DNA of 64,000 bases from an uncultured Chloroflexia bacterium. Its GTDB lineage: Bacteria; Chloroflexota; Limnocylindria; Limnocylindrales; CSP1-4. The stretch covers positions 832,001 through 896,000 of the forward strand of contig CAWEZH010000003.1 of assembly GCA_963813535.1 (NCBI GenBank), given 5' to 3'. Below are positions 62,851-64,000 of the stretch, one piece after another (within the stretch, counting starts at the first letter, position 1; each line of letters opens with the position of its first letter). The notes under the pieces are model-generated. The model was not told where the DNA came from. It searched no databases and saw nothing but the letters and a program-made list of their open reading frames with translations. Both the position numbers and the translations under genes were made by a program.

Positions 62851-64000
62851 GTGACTGGCCCCGATCCCGGTGTGTACGAGCGAGGCACGGGAGCGCCGCC
62901 TCGGTCGACCGGGATACAGGGGGCCGTCGGCGCGGTCCTGATCGCCCTCGCTCTCGGACTCGCCATCCGGCTCATCCTTTTATACCTGCTTCCCGGTTCA
63001 GGCTTCGCCGTCGACCTCGCCTCGTTCAAGTTCTGGGCCGACGATCTGGCGAAGAACGGCCTGTCCGGGTTCTACGAACGCGACTTCTTCCACGACTACA
63101 CGCCCGGTTACCTGTACGTCCTGTGGGTCGTCGGGACGATCGGCCGGGCGGCCGGAGACATCGGTGACCTGATCAAGGTCCCGCCGATCCTGGCCGACCT
63201 CGGGATCGCCTACCTGGTCTGGTCGATGATCAGGGAGCTCGGCGCGCGGGACCGGCTGGCGCTGCTCGGCGCGGTCGTCGTGATGGTCAACCCGATCCTC
63301 TGGTTCGACAGCGTCGTGTGGGGCCAGGTCGACTCGGTCGGCGTCCTGTTCCTCATGCTCGGGCTCCGCGCGCTCTGGCACGACCGCCCGGAACGGGCCG
63401 CGATCTTCGCGGTCATCGCCGCGATCGTGAAGCCGCAGCTGGGCATCCTCATCCCGATCGTGGCCGTCGTGACCATCCGGCGCGCGCTGCGCCCGGTCCC
63501 GCACGATCCCGACGGCGCGGCCTCCGCGAGCCGGTGGCGGCAACTCGAGGCGCGGACCGGGCATCCGCTCCGGATCGTGACGACGGGGATCGCCGGTTAC
63601 CTGACTGCGCTCGTGCTCTGCCTGCCGTTCGGGTTGAGCGTGATCGAGCTGTCTCCGGCGGCGCCATTCTTCGCGTCCGGGCTGCTGGACCAGATCGCGC
63701 TCGCGGGCGGCGGCTACCCGTATCTCACGGTCAACGCGTACAACGCCTGGGCCATCGTTCCCGGCGACCTCGGGGTCAGTCTCGCCGCCGGAGGCCAATG
63801 GGTATGCGACGCGGCGAGCCTGCCGGCAGACAGATGCGGAGCCGGCATCGCCCAGTTCGGCGGCGTGCCGGCCGTCGCGATCGGTGCGGCATTGCTGGTC
63901 GTGGTCATCCTGACCGTCCTGTTGGCCGTGTGGCGCCACCCGGACCGCCTCACGATCACCGTCGGACTGGCCGTCATCGCCCTGGCCTTCTTCGCAGCCC
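62851..64000 (+). CDS. GT-C mannosyltransferase-like membrane protein (partial, runs off the edge)
   Basis: Manual translation DL.SF..W..DYTPGYLY..KVPPILAD..NP..DSVVWGQVDS..KPQ; AGGAG RBS. Confidence 0.8.
   Translation, partial: MTGPDPGVYERGTGAPPRSTGIQGAVGAVLIALALGLAIRLILLYLLPGSGFAVDLASFKFWADDLAKNGLSGFYERDFFHDYTPGYLYVLWVVGTIGRAAGDIGDLIKVPPILADLGIAYLVWSMIRELGARDRLALLGAVVVMVNPILWFDSVVWGQVDSVGVLFLMLGLRALWHDRPERAAIFAVIAAIVKPQLGILIPIVAVVTIRRALRPVPHDPDGAASASRWRQLEARTGHPLRIVTTGIAGYLTALVLCLPFGLSVIELSPAAPFFASGLLDQIALAGGGYPYLTVNAYNAWAIVPGDLGVSLAAGGQWVCDAASLPADRCGAGIAQFGGVPAVAIGAALLVVVILTVLLAVWRHPDRLTITVGLAVIALAFFAA

Overview
High-GC bacterial chromosome segment spanning the replication origin. Protein features and gene order suggest Chloroflexota, possibly Limnocylindria-like; this is inference. 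Most of the window is core housekeeping: glyA, tsaC, prmC, prfA, rpmE/rpmA/rplU, mreD-mrdA-rodA, a perfect parS next to parA-parB-gyrB-gyrA-prs, secA, frameshifted prfB, ftsEX-ctpA, smpB, tmRNA, jag-yidC-yidD-rnpA-rpmH / dnaA-oriC-dnaN-recF-dciA, and a GT-C/GT2 glycosylation cluster at the right end. I saw no CRISPR array, tRNA, rRNA or mobile element. The best candidates for undescribed biology are: (1) a divergent urease-like gamma-beta/alpha enzyme with intact metal ligands, a remodelled substrate pocket and no accessory genes, sitting between smpB and ssrA; (2) a ~130-nt transcription unit upstream of smpB with a perfect but hairpin-sequestered Shine-Dalgarno and a 16-codon ORF; (3) a 74-aa, 8-Cys protein translationally coupled to prfB; (4) a pseudo-PP2C/TM/beta-propeller protein followed by a rhomboid protease; (5) LexA-like and ECF-like sites at the ssrA promoter. 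All calls were made by eye without database searches.
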